From positions 95,905 through 159,904 of the forward strand of contig CAIZVZ010000001.1 in the NCBI GenBank assembly GCA_903936565.1: DNA of 64,000 nt, in the 5' to 3' direction. Every line of letters begins with the position of its first letter. Position 1 is the stretch's first letter. The position numbers and the translations under genes are program-made. The stretch comes from an uncultured bacterium (GTDB taxonomy: Bacteria; Patescibacteriota; Minisyncoccia; Phycocordibacterales; CAIZLB01). The notes under the pieces were generated by a model that ran no database searches, was not told the DNA's origin, and worked only from the letters and a program-made list of their open reading frames with translations. Positions 19,713 through 30,230 of this stretch are shown here, one piece after another.

Positions 19713-20474
19713 TTACACAATTAATCCATCACTCATCTTAATGACCCTATCCGTGAAGCTTCCATATTCTTCCTCGTGAGTGACCATTACAATTGTTTGT
19801 CCTTTCTTATGTAGCTTCTTGAAAATCTGCATCACCATTTCGGATGATTCATTATCTAGGTTAGCAGTCGGCTCATCAGCAAACAAAATTGTCGGTGAGT
19901 GAGCAATTGCACGTGCGATAGAAACTCTTTGTTGTTCTCCACCCGAGAGCTTGGCTGGTAAATTATTAAATTTAGTTTCAAGTCCAACTTCTGTCAATTG
20001 TTCTTGTGCAATTTTATATGCATCCTCTTTGTCATACCCTTGCATAATCAAAGGAACAGCAACATTCTCTCCGGCAGTTAAATCAGGTAGTAACGCATAG
20101 TCTTGAAAAACGTAACCTAATTTATGCAATCTAAACTTCACCCGATCCTCGCTTGATAAATCGTGGGCATCTAGTCCATCAATAATAATTTCTCCAGACG
20201 TCGGATGATCCAGTAAACTTATTTGATAAAGTAATGTACTTTTTCCTGCCCCAGAACGACCCATAATTGAGATAAATTCTCCGCTTTTTATATTCAGATC
20301 GACACCCTTAAGAACGGTTGTTTCCTTCAATCCGTCGACGAAGCTCTTTTTCAAACCTTTTGTACTAATTATATAATCCCCAGTTTTTGTAATTTTTTTC
20401 TTCCAAGAATCACCAATAAGAATACTAGTTTCAGCTCCATCACTATTCGAATTGTTATGTTTTTTCTTATTCAT
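19713..20474 (-). CDS. ABC transporter ATP-binding protein (LolD/MacB type)
   Basis: GRSGAGKST, LSGGEQQRV, FADEPTANLD, VTH. Confidence 0.95.
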   Translation of the reverse strand: MNKKKHNNSNSDGAETSILIGDSWKKKITKTGDYIISTKGLKKSFVDGLKETTVLKGVDLNIKSGEFISIMGRSGAGKSTLLYQISLLDHPTSGEIIIDGLDAHDLSSEDRVKFRLHKLGYVFQDYALLPDLTAGENVAVPLIMQGYDKEDAYKIAQEQLTEVGLETKFNNLPAKLSGGEQQRVSIARAIAHSPTILFADEPTANLDNESSEMVMQIFKKLHKKGQTIVMVTHEEEYGSFTDRVIKMSDGLIV

Positions 20475-20478
20475 ATTT

Positions 20479-21753
20479 TTATCTTCCTAATATAGAATCT
20501 AATGTATTCTTTTTAACAATTATCCTTGCGGGAATATATCCAGCAATCACAGTTGTAACCATTAACACAATAGCCCTTACAAGAGTGCCTGAAAGCGGCG
20601 CATAAATTATACCGTCACTAAATGGGAAGTTAATCGGGTGAGCATCCACAAACGGAACCAGAAATCCATACAAAATTGCAAAACCAATTATAGATCCAGC
20701 TAAAGCATAGAAAATAGATTGAAGAACGTAGGAAATCTCAATTGACTTAGAATCAATTCCAATCCCTTTCAAGATTCCGATAAACTTTTTTCGAGTAATT
20801 GCGTTAACGAAAATCACAATGAAAATTGTAATCGAAGCCACGGCAATACCAATTGAGCCAATTAAGTTTCCAAGAAGCGCAAAAGTTGATATAAGATCAC
20901 CTAAAAATTTTGGCTGTGCCTCCAACCACGTTTGAATCTTTGCACCTTCATCGAAGTTATTATTAAACAAGACTCTTTGAACATTTGCAGCATCCACTAA
21001 AGTTGAACCAGACTTTAATTTTACAAATATTTCATCGGCATTTACATTGTTTTTTCCAATCAGCTTTTTAGCCTCACTCTCAATCATAAAAATTCTAAAG
21101 TCATTTGTATCAACCTTTGTTTTTATAACACCCCGCAATATTACTTCTTTAGAATTCTTTCCAACTGTAATTTTCAGTCTATCCCCAATTTTGATATCCT
21201 TAAGTGTCTGAAAACCAGCAGATTCCACCGGGGTATATTTATAAAGAAGAGTTGCACCAAGGATTATTCCATCAGCATCATTGTCTTGAAGATAACTTCC
21301 TTCAACAATATATTTTGAAAGACCATTTATTTTATCTTCATTAAGAGGATCAATACCAGCTATTGTTCCACCAACTCTGTTTGGGGCCTGATCTTGTCTT
21401 AATTTCTTCCTATAATCAGCATTTATTGAACCTGTCCCAGTATATCTAGTTGCTACATGCTCAACTTGAGATAATCCACTTAAAACATTTAAAATATCTT
21501 CCGTTCTTTCAATCTCAGTCTTTTGAGTAAGTTTAGTAATCGCAATATCTCCCGTTCCCCTGTCTCTGTGTGCCTCAACAGAACCTTGAATTAAACCAAC
21601 AAGAACTCCATTTACAACGACCAAGTTTAAGAATGTAAGTGCCATCACAGCTACAATTAAAATTGTAGTCCAAAGATTGGCGCGCTTAATCTGCCTATAT
21701 GCTAGGAAAAAACCAACTCGCCAGATATTAATATTTTTCTTTGTTGGAAGCAT
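20479..21753 (-). CDS. FtsX/MacB-like ABC permease
   Basis: TM, large extracytoplasmic domain, then three TMs; IGILKGIG; GYIPAR. Confidence 0.9.
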   Translation of the reverse strand: MLPTKKNINIWRVGFFLAYRQIKRANLWTTILIVAVMALTFLNLVVVNGVLVGLIQGSVEAHRDRGTGDIAITKLTQKTEIERTEDILNVLSGLSQVEHVATRYTGTGSINADYRKKLRQDQAPNRVGGTIAGIDPLNEDKINGLSKYIVEGSYLQDNDADGIILGATLLYKYTPVESAGFQTLKDIKIGDRLKITVGKNSKEVILRGVIKTKVDTNDFRIFMIESEAKKLIGKNNVNADEIFVKLKSGSTLVDAANVQRVLFNNNFDEGAKIQTWLEAQPKFLGDLISTFALLGNLIGSIGIAVASITIFIVIFVNAITRKKFIGILKGIGIDSKSIEISYVLQSIFYALAGSIIGFAILYGFLVPFVDAHPINFPFSDGIIYAPLSGTLVRAIVLMVTTVIAGYIPARIIVKKNTLDSILGR

Positions 21754-21769
21754 TCTATTTGATGTCTTT

Positions 21770-23317
21770 TTATTTATTCTTTACCACGATTTTCTCCCCC
21801 GACACCAACCCAGAAATAATTTCAATTTCCCCATTGGCATTTAGTCCACCAGTCTCAACTTTCTTATTGATTCTATTTCCACCTTGATCAACTGTTACCA
21901 TTTTTTCTCCAGCATTTAGAAACAGTGCCTCTTGTGGTATCACAAAAGTAGAAGGTTTATTTGAAGTCTCAATTGTAATATTTGAAGTCATTCCAGATTT
22001 AATTCGCTCATCCGATTGATTGAATGATAATTTAATCTTGTAAGTTGTAACACCATCTACTACCGTCTCTGCTGGATCAACTTCATATACGACAGCGGGG
22101 AAAATCACATCCTTACCATAAGTATCAAGAGTAATTCTTGCAGGCTGACCAACTTTTACCTTTGCAATATCAGATTCAGAAACATAACTTTCAACTTCAA
22201 AGTTTGCAGCACTTATCATGGATACATAAGTAGATCCAAGATTTACACTCTCACCCTCTTTAGCATCCATTTTTGTAACGATTCCATCAAATGGTGCGAC
22301 AATCAAAGTTTTAGCAAGAATTGCTTGAGCTGATTGAAGCTGAGCTTGAGCTGCCTTAATCTCATCTGAAGTAGATCCCGCTTTCTTTAGTGCCAATTGT
22401 TGCTTTGCACGCTCAAGTCCTGATTTACTTACGTTATATCCTTGCTCCGCAGTCGTTAATCCCAAGGAAACAGCGTTAACCGTGGTCCTTGCTGAAGAAA
22501 TACTATTTTTATACCCATCAATAGTCAATTGACTGACCCCCGTATTCACTTGCACCGATGAAGCAACCATCGACAAGTCATCTAGAAGTGATTTTACCAA
22601 ATTCAAAGTCTCTCTGGTTTGACTAACATAATCACTAGTCAAACTTGAAGCAGACAATGCCGAAATTTTAGAAGATAGTGTGCTTAAATTTTCACCAACC
22701 TTAACTCTCTTTGCACCTATAGAAATTTTTAAATTGAAATAATCATCACGACCATTATTAAAGACAATAACCTCAGGATTTACAGTTCTAGGATTTGTAA
22801 ATAATTGATCAGCTTTTGTTTTGATTGCATCATCAGTTACGGAATAAACTTCTTTTATTTTATCAATCAAAGCTTGGGTGTTTTGATCCAATGTAGATTG
22901 CGCAGATTGAACATCTGATTCGGCAATAGAAATATCTTCCTTACGAGCTCCATTTGCGATATCGCTCAAATTAGCTTGGCGTTGTAAAACTGTTCCATAA
23001 GCATCACCGTTTGCTAGAGAAACCAGAAGATCACCTTTTTTAACTTGCTGGCCCACCTTAGCATTCACATTAGAAACTCTACCGACCGCCTCAAAACCCA
23101 TATCAACATTATTAGCCGCCTGCACCTTACCAGTCACAGAGACCTCTTGGACAAAAGTAGATGGCGCAAGTGTAATTATGGTTTCCGTAGAAGAATTTGA
23201 AGAAAAGGACTTATATAGAACAATTATAAGAATAATTGCAATTAAAGGAATATACACTTTCTTTAATTTCAAGACAGACCAAAATCTGTTAAAAAACTTT
23301 TTCATATTTATTTTCAT
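21770..23317 (-). CDS. MacA/HlyD-type periplasmic adaptor subunit
   Basis: VSVTGKV, GQQVKKGD, long coiled coil, APFDGIV, ESDIAKVKVGQ, GMTSN, EIISGL. Confidence 0.92.
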   Translation of the reverse strand: MKINMKKFFNRFWSVLKLKKVYIPLIAIILIIVLYKSFSSNSSTETIITLAPSTFVQEVSVTGKVQAANNVDMGFEAVGRVSNVNAKVGQQVKKGDLLVSLANGDAYGTVLQRQANLSDIANGARKEDISIAESDVQSAQSTLDQNTQALIDKIKEVYSVTDDAIKTKADQLFTNPRTVNPEVIVFNNGRDDYFNLKISIGAKRVKVGENLSTLSSKISALSASSLTSDYVSQTRETLNLVKSLLDDLSMVASSVQVNTGVSQLTIDGYKNSISSARTTVNAVSLGLTTAEQGYNVSKSGLERAKQQLALKKAGSTSDEIKAAQAQLQSAQAILAKTLIVAPFDGIVTKMDAKEGESVNLGSTYVSMISAANFEVESYVSESDIAKVKVGQPARITLDTYGKDVIFPAVVYEVDPAETVVDGVTTYKIKLSFNQSDERIKSGMTSNITIETSNKPSTFVIPQEALFLNAGEKMVTVDQGGNRINKKVETGGLNANGEIEIISGLVSGEKIVVKNK

Positions 23318-23544
23318 ACTTGTATTTATTATAGCATATTTTTTGGAAAGTATTCAAAACAAAAATTGGCTATCAGTAATTCCTCAGGTTATGTAAATAA
23401 AATTAAAAATTGCAAAAAGAAAAAGCCCCCGCACGAGTGTGGGTCACAGCGCGTGCGGTGACTTTTTCTCGGCGGGGACAACTTATTCCTTCTCAGCCCC
23501 TTGCATGTGTCATGTGTCTCGGTCCATTTCAGGTACTCGACATA

Positions 23545-23865
23545 TCAATCCTTCCTGCCGGAGCACGCGACGTAAATCGCGACAAAAACGACAAGGCCGA
23601 TGATAGCAAAGTTCCCGTACCCGCGAAATCGCTCCATGGTATAGTAGGAACTTCTGGTATTCACGAGGCCTTGGCAGGCCTCCAAATACAGTTTCTTTTG
23701 GGACAACGGGAGTTCTGTCTCATCTACAGTGTTTAGGAATTCCCACTGTTGATTCAAGAATCCCGGCCCGGCATCCAGTTCGGACCTAACCTGGCGAGAG
23801 GTCCAAATTAATGTGAGCAGGATCAGCACGAGGGCTGTCTTAGTGAACAGTCTTATCATTTTCAT
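23545..23865 (-). CDS. Hypothetical two-TM protein (ORFan)
   Basis: Hydrophobic N- and C-terminal segments; ATG 23865 preferred; hairpin at 23421-23467 downstream. Confidence 0.55.
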   Translation of the reverse strand: MKMIRLFTKTALVLILLTLIWTSRQVRSELDAGPGFLNQQWEFLNTVDETELPLSQKKLYLEACQGLVNTRSSYYTMERFRGYGNFAIIGLVVFVAIYVACSGRKD

Positions 23866-24094
23866 TCGTAGTAACGGTTGGTTGTTTCGATATGCAGCCC
23901 AGTTTATGACTACATCTTTCAAGATATATTAAGTACTCTATATCCTCAAAGATGCAGTCAAATAACGACATTTTGCAAGGTCCAATTACTGGCATGAATA
24001 TACCACCCTTATATTAATCCGTCAATCACATGTAATTATTTATCTAAATATGATTGCCTTAATATAAAATCCGTGGTTAAATGAACCCTCAATT

Positions 24095-25885
24095 ATGCAA
24101 ATACGAAACATCGCGATTATCGCCCACGTTGACCACGGTAAAACAACCATCGTTGACGCCATTATGAAATACACAGGAGCTGTCAAAGATGCAGTTTCTA
24201 TGGACTCTAACGCCATTGAACTTGAGCGTGGTATTACTATATATGCCAAAAACGCTTCATTTGAGTACAAAGGAACAAAGGTCAATGTTATCGACACCCC
24301 AGGTCACGCCGACTTTGGATCAGAGGTGGAGCGTGTTCTTCGTTCAATTGACTGTGTGCTTTTGATCGTAGATGCCCAAGAGGGTCCAATGCCCCAAACT
24401 CGTTTCGTTCTTAAAAAGTCTCTAGAGCTTGGACTTAAGCCAATTGTTGTTCTTAATAAGCTCGATAAGCCAGCGGCAAACCCAACTAGAGTACATGATG
24501 AAATACTAGAGCTTTTCATCGAACTTGGTGCTCAAGATCATCAATTAGACTTCCCTATGGTCTATTGTATCGGTCGTGAAGGAAAGGCAAAGCTAAGCTT
24601 GGACGAAGAATTCGTAAACCTAGATCCCCTACTAGACACCATCATTAAGGAAGTACCCCCAGCAAAGAGTGCACCAGAAGAAACTCTTGAGGCTCAACCT
24701 TTCAATCTTGCCTATGATAACTTCCTAGGAAGAATGGCCGTTACTCGTATTTGGACTGGAACTCTTAAGATGGGTCAAACTCTATTTATTAAAAAAGATA
24801 CAGGAGAAACAAGAACTGGTAGAATCACAAAGCTTTTCACTTTTGACGGTCTTTCAAGAAAAGAAGTTAAGGAGGCATATTCAGGAGATGTTGTGATGAT
24901 CGCAGGTCTTTCTGACATTTTTATCGGAGAAACAATAACCGACAAGGAAGATACAGAACCTCTACCTTCTATTAAAATTGACGAGCCAACAATCTCACTT
25001 GGTTTTCTTGTTAATGATTCACCATTTGCAGGACGTGAGGGTAAATATGTTACAGGACGTCAAATTAGAGACAGATTAGAAAAGGAACTTGAAGTTAACG
25101 TTGGTCTTCATGTTGATTTTGATCAAGCTGATGTTCTTAAGGTTTATGGACGTGGAGAACTTCACATCGCCGTTTTACTTGAACAAATGCGTCGCGAAGG
25201 ATACGAGCTACAAGTTTCTCAACCTGAAGTTATTATAAAAGAAGTTGACGGAGAAAAATGTGAACCTTTTGAGGAGGTTGTTATAGATACACCGAGTGAA
25301 TTCTCAGGTGCTGTAATTGACAAGCTTGGAAGAAGGAAAGGAATCATGACCTCAATGAAGGATCATGGAGGCATCACAAGAATGACTTTCGATATCCCCA
25401 CTCGCGGTCTTCTTGGGTACAGAAGTCAATTCGTTATCGATACAAGAGGTGAAGGAATCATGTCATCAAGATTTGAAGACTTCAGACCTCACGTTGGCAC
25501 AATTGAGAAAAGAGCTGTTGGTTCTATGATTTCAATGGAAAGTGGAAAAGTACTTCACTTTGCACTTGGTAACCTGCAAGACAGGGGAACACTTTATGTT
25601 GCACCAGGAACTGAAGTTTATGCTGGAATGGTTATTGGAAACACTTCAAAGGGAGAAGAAATGGAAGTTAACCCAACCAAAGGAAAGCAACTTACAAACA
25701 TGCGTGCTTCAGGAACTGATGAGACAATTTATCTTGCCCCAGCACTTGAGGTTACAATCGAGCGTGGACTTGAAATAATGTGTGAGGATGAATATCTAGA
25801 AATCACACCAACTTCAGCAAGACTACGTAAGAAGTATTTAACAAAGACAGGAAGAGAAAGGGCGGAGAAAGGGATTACGAAATAA
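24095..25885 (+). CDS. typA: Translational GTPase TypA/BipA
   Basis: RNIAIIAHVDHGKTT, ERGITI, DTPGHADF, NKLD, NDSPFAGREG, GRGELH, LTNMRASG. Confidence 0.98.
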   Translation: MQIRNIAIIAHVDHGKTTIVDAIMKYTGAVKDAVSMDSNAIELERGITIYAKNASFEYKGTKVNVIDTPGHADFGSEVERVLRSIDCVLLIVDAQEGPMPQTRFVLKKSLELGLKPIVVLNKLDKPAANPTRVHDEILELFIELGAQDHQLDFPMVYCIGREGKAKLSLDEEFVNLDPLLDTIIKEVPPAKSAPEETLEAQPFNLAYDNFLGRMAVTRIWTGTLKMGQTLFIKKDTGETRTGRITKLFTFDGLSRKEVKEAYSGDVVMIAGLSDIFIGETITDKEDTEPLPSIKIDEPTISLGFLVNDSPFAGREGKYVTGRQIRDRLEKELEVNVGLHVDFDQADVLKVYGRGELHIAVLLEQMRREGYELQVSQPEVIIKEVDGEKCEPFEEVVIDTPSEFSGAVIDKLGRRKGIMTSMKDHGGITRMTFDIPTRGLLGYRSQFVIDTRGEGIMSSRFEDFRPHVGTIEKRAVGSMISMESGKVLHFALGNLQDRGTLYVAPGTEVYAGMVIGNTSKGEEMEVNPTKGKQLTNMRASGTDETIYLAPALEVTIERGLEIMCEDEYLEITPTSARLRKKYLTKTGRERAEKGITK

Positions 25886-25902
25886 TTTAATAGCAATTTG
25901 TA

Positions 25903-25937
25903 AAAAAAAACATTGAATTACAATTCGATGTTTTTTT
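25903..25937 (+). terminator. Intrinsic terminator after typA
   Basis: A-tract CATTGAATT-AC-AATTCGATG T-tract. Confidence 0.7.
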
Positions 25938-26055
25938 ATTTTAATTTTTCTATTATCTTTTGACAAAGCCACTCAATCATGTTATTATAGTTACAGATCA
26001 GATTTCAAATCAGAACTGGTCACAATTCACAATCAAACACGCACCAACTATACCA

Positions 26056-26526
26056 ATGATTAAGTTAACACTGAGAGAAGTTTCCCCTTTTTACACCTTC
26101 CTCCGGTCAGCTCCGCGCAAATTAATTCGCAGAGACGAAACAGTAGCCTTAAGTGAAAGTGAAGTGTCAGGATATGTCACAAATGCAGGATTCCTTGCCA
26201 TAACACAACTGGAAGGTGTTCTAAAAAAACACCTTGGCGGGGAGGTTTTCTGGCAACTACACCATTCCCTGCACTTGTCTCTTCGCACCATAGACCAAAA
26301 TGATGATGGGGGCACCTATCACAATTGCTCCATAGACATAAAGGCTCCGGAAGATGGTTTTGCACAAACCTTTGACAGCCAACTTGATAGATTCTTAGCG
26401 GATGTAGATCTATACGTTATGCAGCCCTTGAAATTTATCGATGATTATAACGACAAGACACATCGTGCCAAGTTTATTTTATTCATAATTGTTGTCATCG
26501 CCTTTGGCTTGGCAATTTATTATTGA
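26056..26526 (+). CDS. Hypothetical protein with C-terminal TM (ORFan)
   Basis: Track start 25960 is the -35 of TTGACA-N17-TATTAT, so ATG 26056 is preferred; hairpin plus T-run at about 26556-26618. Confidence 0.6.
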   Translation: MIKLTLREVSPFYTFLRSAPRKLIRRDETVALSESEVSGYVTNAGFLAITQLEGVLKKHLGGEVFWQLHHSLHLSLRTIDQNDDGGTYHNCSIDIKAPEDGFAQTFDSQLDRFLADVDLYVMQPLKFIDDYNDKTHRAKFILFIIVVIAFGLAIYY

Positions 26527-26703
26527 ATAACAACCTATCAAAAATTCCAACCTACCCCAGCCCCTAACCCCAGCAGAGAAACCCAAACTCTCTGCCGCGG
26601 GACGGGCGGGTTTTCTTTTACATAATTTTATCAAACAAAAAACGCCACGTATTTCTACGGACGTTTTTTGTTATTAGACGATTATTCTAAATCTAGCTAA
26701 AGA

Positions 26704-27051
26704 TTAGTAGTCTCTTCTAAAACCACGGTCTCCACCTCTGTCTCCACCGCGATCATTTCCTCTTCCACCAAAATCTCTTCTTGGTGCTCCCATAGGAGTA
26801 TCTGTCTTAGGACGAGCTCTGTTAACTACAAGATTTCTTCCTTCAAGATCTTGTTCGTTCCACATAGCGATAGCAGCGTCTGTTGCTTCATCGGTTGCCA
26901 TTGTGACAAATCCGAATCCACGTGAACGTCCACTCATCTTCTCTGTCATAACGATAGCGTCTACTACTTCTCCAGCCTTTGAAAACGCTGCTTTAAGACT
27001 TTCTGTTGTTGTTGTCCAAGCAAGGTTTCCGATATATAACTTTTTCTCCAT
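26704..27051 (-). CDS. RRM (RNP-1) RNA-binding protein with Gly/Arg-rich tail
   Basis: RNP2 LYIGNL, RNP1 RGFGFVTM, GRNLVVNRARP, repeated GGDR tail; ATG 27051. Confidence 0.95.
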   Translation of the reverse strand: MEKKLYIGNLAWTTTTESLKAAFSKAGEVVDAIVMTEKMSGRSRGFGFVTMATDEATDAAIAMWNEQDLEGRNLVVNRARPKTDTPMGAPRRDFGGRGNDRGGDRGGDRGFRRDY

Positions 27052-27278
27052 TTTTGTGTGTGTTGCGTTACTTTTAATCGTCCATAGCCGACCTCCTTCC
27101 GCCAACCACACAGGAAACTCCGCTGGCCTATTGAGATACTACGAACTCTAACAGTATAACACATATACTAACAATAACAATGTAGCGAGCTTGATTTGAG
27201 CTGAAAGTTGTTGTTTATTAAAATTAGCCTGAAGGCCCTACTTTGAGGTACCCATTTCAGCTTGATTCGTATAGGTTT

Positions 27279-28019
27279 CTACAGATTCTTCAAAATCGGC
27301 AGCTTTAAAGCCAAATACTCCAAAAGCATCTTTTTGGAAGCTCCCCCATCGGCAAAATACTCTCTAACTGTAATTAGAGTCTTAAGCTCTTCTTTACTTA
27401 GATGTCTATTTAGCTTTGTTTTTTCAAGGCTTTTGAGAAGAATTTCTAGATCATGCAAAAACTGAAAGAGTTTCGACGAGTCATCCTCCCCTTCCTTTCC
27501 GGCATCTTCTGCCATCTTTTTTGCAATTTCCATTCGCTCGGCTAGTCCAGCGCCAAGGAAATGTTTTACAACCCCAACTGAGATTGTTGATTCGTCTATT
27601 GGACTACTTGCGAGATTAAACTTATCTAAAAACTCTGCCAAGCTATAAGTCTCGACTCTAGATTTAATTGTTGGCAACAACAACGAAACGGATGAAATCA
27701 TAATGAAAAAATATGTATTAGGAAATGGTTCCTCTAGTGTTTTTAGCAATGCATTCTGCGCTTGATGTCCCGCTCCGTTTATTTCAATTAAGGCAACTTT
27801 ATTCCCCCCGCCATTTTGTCCAAAAGATTTTTGCGAATTGAATGCAACTAATTTCCCTGCATCGTCCACACTTAATTGATTACTTTTTATATGTAAGAAG
27901 TTTGGTGATGAATGAGGATCTTTTTCAGTTTCCAAAACGTGAGAGATAAAATTCAAGATGACATTGAGGCCGTCATCAGAAACTTTTTCTATTATGTATG
28001 CGTGATGATTGAGTTTCAT
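27279..28019 (-). CDS. holB: DNA polymerase III delta-prime-like subunit (reduced form)
   Basis: HHAYII, AQNALLKTLEEP, LLPTIKSRV; no recognisable Walker A or Zn module. Confidence 0.85.
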   Translation of the reverse strand: MKLNHHAYIIEKVSDDGLNVILNFISHVLETEKDPHSSPNFLHIKSNQLSVDDAGKLVAFNSQKSFGQNGGGNKVALIEINGAGHQAQNALLKTLEEPFPNTYFFIMISSVSLLLPTIKSRVETYSLAEFLDKFNLASSPIDESTISVGVVKHFLGAGLAERMEIAKKMAEDAGKEGEDDSSKLFQFLHDLEILLKSLEKTKLNRHLSKEELKTLITVREYFADGGASKKMLLEYLALKLPILKNL

Positions 28020-28020
28020 T

Positions 28021-28476
28021 TTATTTATTTTTTTCTATTACGGCAAACCGAATATGGGAATACCATCTACTATCAAAAAGGTGCATATGCAGATAATTTT
28101 TATCTCCATAGTTTCTTAAGATCAAAACATTCTTACCTCCCGTCTCTGGTCTAATCCACGGTTCATGGAGAAAAGCTATGGGAAATTTACATTGAACTTC
28201 AGGGTGTTTAATACCAAACCAAATAGCATCCTCCGCATCAGGTAATTTATAGCCAGCATTCTCAATTTCAGAGAGTATTTCGCTTGTTAATAAGTCTTTA
28301 TCAAAACCAACCAATCTAATATTAATAGTCTCTCCACTATTTGAAACTTTAAAGTCATCAGACACAACGAAAGCACTTGCATAACCTCCAAGCTCAATTT
28401 TGTCAGAATTCAAAAAAGCATTTAAATCCTCCGAATCACCTCTCGTTATTGTATATAAATCTGGTTCTATTATCAT
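28021..28476 (-). CDS. Hypothetical protein
   Basis: 151-aa ORF with host-like codon usage; TGaTAATAT 6 nt before ATG. Confidence 0.7.
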   Translation of the reverse strand: MIIEPDLYTITRGDSEDLNAFLNSDKIELGGYASAFVVSDDFKVSNSGETINIRLVGFDKDLLTSEILSEIENAGYKLPDAEDAIWFGIKHPEVQCKFPIAFLHEPWIRPETGGKNVLILRNYGDKNYLHMHLFDSRWYSHIRFAVIEKNK

Positions 28477-28545
28477 ATTTTTATATTATCACACATCATT
28501 TGAATACGCGTTAATTCCTAGAGGCATGGTGTTTTAATTATATCA

Positions 28546-29115
28546 TTAAAGCGTAAATCCAAATAAGTCCTTCTCGAAGCTTTTAAAATCAGTAAATAAT
28601 ATTGATTTAATACCCAGAATACTTGCAGACTCAATATTTTCTAATGTGTCATCGACAAAAATAACCTCCATAGCATCAACCCCTAACAACTCTACTGTTT
28701 TATCAAATATAGCTGCGTCAGGCTTTCTTGTCCCAAGTTTGCTAGAAATAACCACCTCATCAAACAATACATCCAAATTAGATTCCTTCAAAAAGTCCTC
28801 TACAAAATCAGTCGGAGCATTACTACACAATGCAATCTTAATCTTTGGCTTTATGGTTTTAATGAAATCTACCAATTCATTATTTATAATCAAAAAACTC
28901 TTGAGTTCAACTTCAACTTGCAATACTGATTTATTAACCAAGCCCGCAAGATAACTATGTAGTTCAGAAGCAGAAATCTCTCCTGTATCAGTTTTTTTAA
29001 AATAGTTCTCTTTTAAATCTGGAATTAGATGACCCAGATTGTTCTTATTTATCCAATCAATATACATATCAGATACCACCACCCCAAAAAAATCAAAAAT
29101 TATTGCTTTATACAT
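28546..29115 (-). CDS. HAD-superfamily phosphatase (YihX-like)
   Basis: IIFDFFGV, CSN, RKPDAAIF, IFVDD..ENI. Confidence 0.9.
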   Translation of the reverse strand: MYKAIIFDFFGVVVSDMYIDWINKNNLGHLIPDLKENYFKKTDTGEISASELHSYLAGLVNKSVLQVEVELKSFLIINNELVDFIKTIKPKIKIALCSNAPTDFVEDFLKESNLDVLFDEVVISSKLGTRKPDAAIFDKTVELLGVDAMEVIFVDDTLENIESASILGIKSILFTDFKSFEKDLFGFTL

Positions 29116-29147
29116 CTTTAAATTATTAAGATTTTACACGCCCTAAA

Positions 29148-30161
29148 TTACCTCTTCGCAATTATACTCTTCTTGTAAGTATTCAAGTGCTCAAGTGCAA
29201 TTCCTGTTCCCTTTGCAACACAGTATAGAGGATCATCTGCAAGCTTCGCCTTAACTCCTGTTCTTCTATAAACAAGCTCTGGCAAATTACGCAATTGTGA
29301 GGATCCTCCTGTCATTATAATTCCGTTATCAATAATGTCAGATGCAAGCTCTGGTGGCGTCTCTTGCAAAACATCCTTAATTGCTTTAATCATCTCACGT
29401 AATTCTTTTGCAACAGCTTTCACAACTTCATTTGTTTTAATCTCAACTGAACGAGGAAGACCTGTTAGAAAATCACGTCCCTTGATTGTCATAGAAAGTT
29501 CATCATCCATTGTTACAGCAGATCCAACATTTATCTTCATCTCCTCCGCTGTCTTATCACCAATCGCAAGGTTATAAGTTTTCTTGATGTAATCCGCAAT
29601 CGCTTGATCAATTCTATTTCCCGCACACTTTACAGAGTTACAAGTTACAATTCCTCCCAAGGAAATAACAGCTACGTCAGTTGTTCCTCCACCAATATCA
29701 ACAATCATGTGACCATTCGGCTCTTGAATAGAAATTCCTGCACCAATTGCTGCAAGAATCGGCTCCTTCACGACATAGGCGTTTTTTGCTCCAGCTTTGA
29801 TTGCAGCTTCAACCACAGCACGGCGCTCTGTGGAGGTAACACCAGCGGGGACAGAGACCATCACATCAGGCTTCCAAATATTCCATCGTCCCAAGGCCTT
29901 ATTGATAAAATATCGAAGCATCGCCTCGGTCACTCTATAATCAGCAATAACGCCATCACGCATTGGTCTATATGCGATAATATTATCAGGCGTCTTTCCA
30001 ATCATGTCTTTTGCGTCAATTCCAACGGCCAATATTTGATTATCCTGCTCAGAAACAGCAACAACGGAAGGCTCGTTCAGTACAATTCCACGCCCAGGAA
30101 GAAAAACCAAGGTATTAGAAGTTCCAAGGTCAATCCCGAGCTTTTTAGAAAATAATGCCAT
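29148..30161 (-). CDS. mreB: MreB/Mbl actin-like protein (paralogue 2)
   Basis: GIDLGTSNTLV, EPSVVA, VDIGGGTTD, TGGSSQL, CVAKGTG; ATG 30161. Confidence 0.95.
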   Translation of the reverse strand: MALFSKKLGIDLGTSNTLVFLPGRGIVLNEPSVVAVSEQDNQILAVGIDAKDMIGKTPDNIIAYRPMRDGVIADYRVTEAMLRYFINKALGRWNIWKPDVMVSVPAGVTSTERRAVVEAAIKAGAKNAYVVKEPILAAIGAGISIQEPNGHMIVDIGGGTTDVAVISLGGIVTCNSVKCAGNRIDQAIADYIKKTYNLAIGDKTAEEMKINVGSAVTMDDELSMTIKGRDFLTGLPRSVEIKTNEVVKAVAKELREMIKAIKDVLQETPPELASDIIDNGIIMTGGSSQLRNLPELVYRRTGVKAKLADDPLYCVAKGTGIALEHLNTYKKSIIAKR

Positions 30162-30230
30162 GGCTATATAATAAGGCACGTTGTCCTTTTTTACAACTTG
30201 ACGAATGGTTTGATTGACATCGACGTGTCT

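Noticed and set aside
29604-30155. 183-aa ORF and other antisense ORFs (e.g. 3198, 4453, 14357, 39950, 53246)
   Set aside because: Shadow frames opposite well-supported genes
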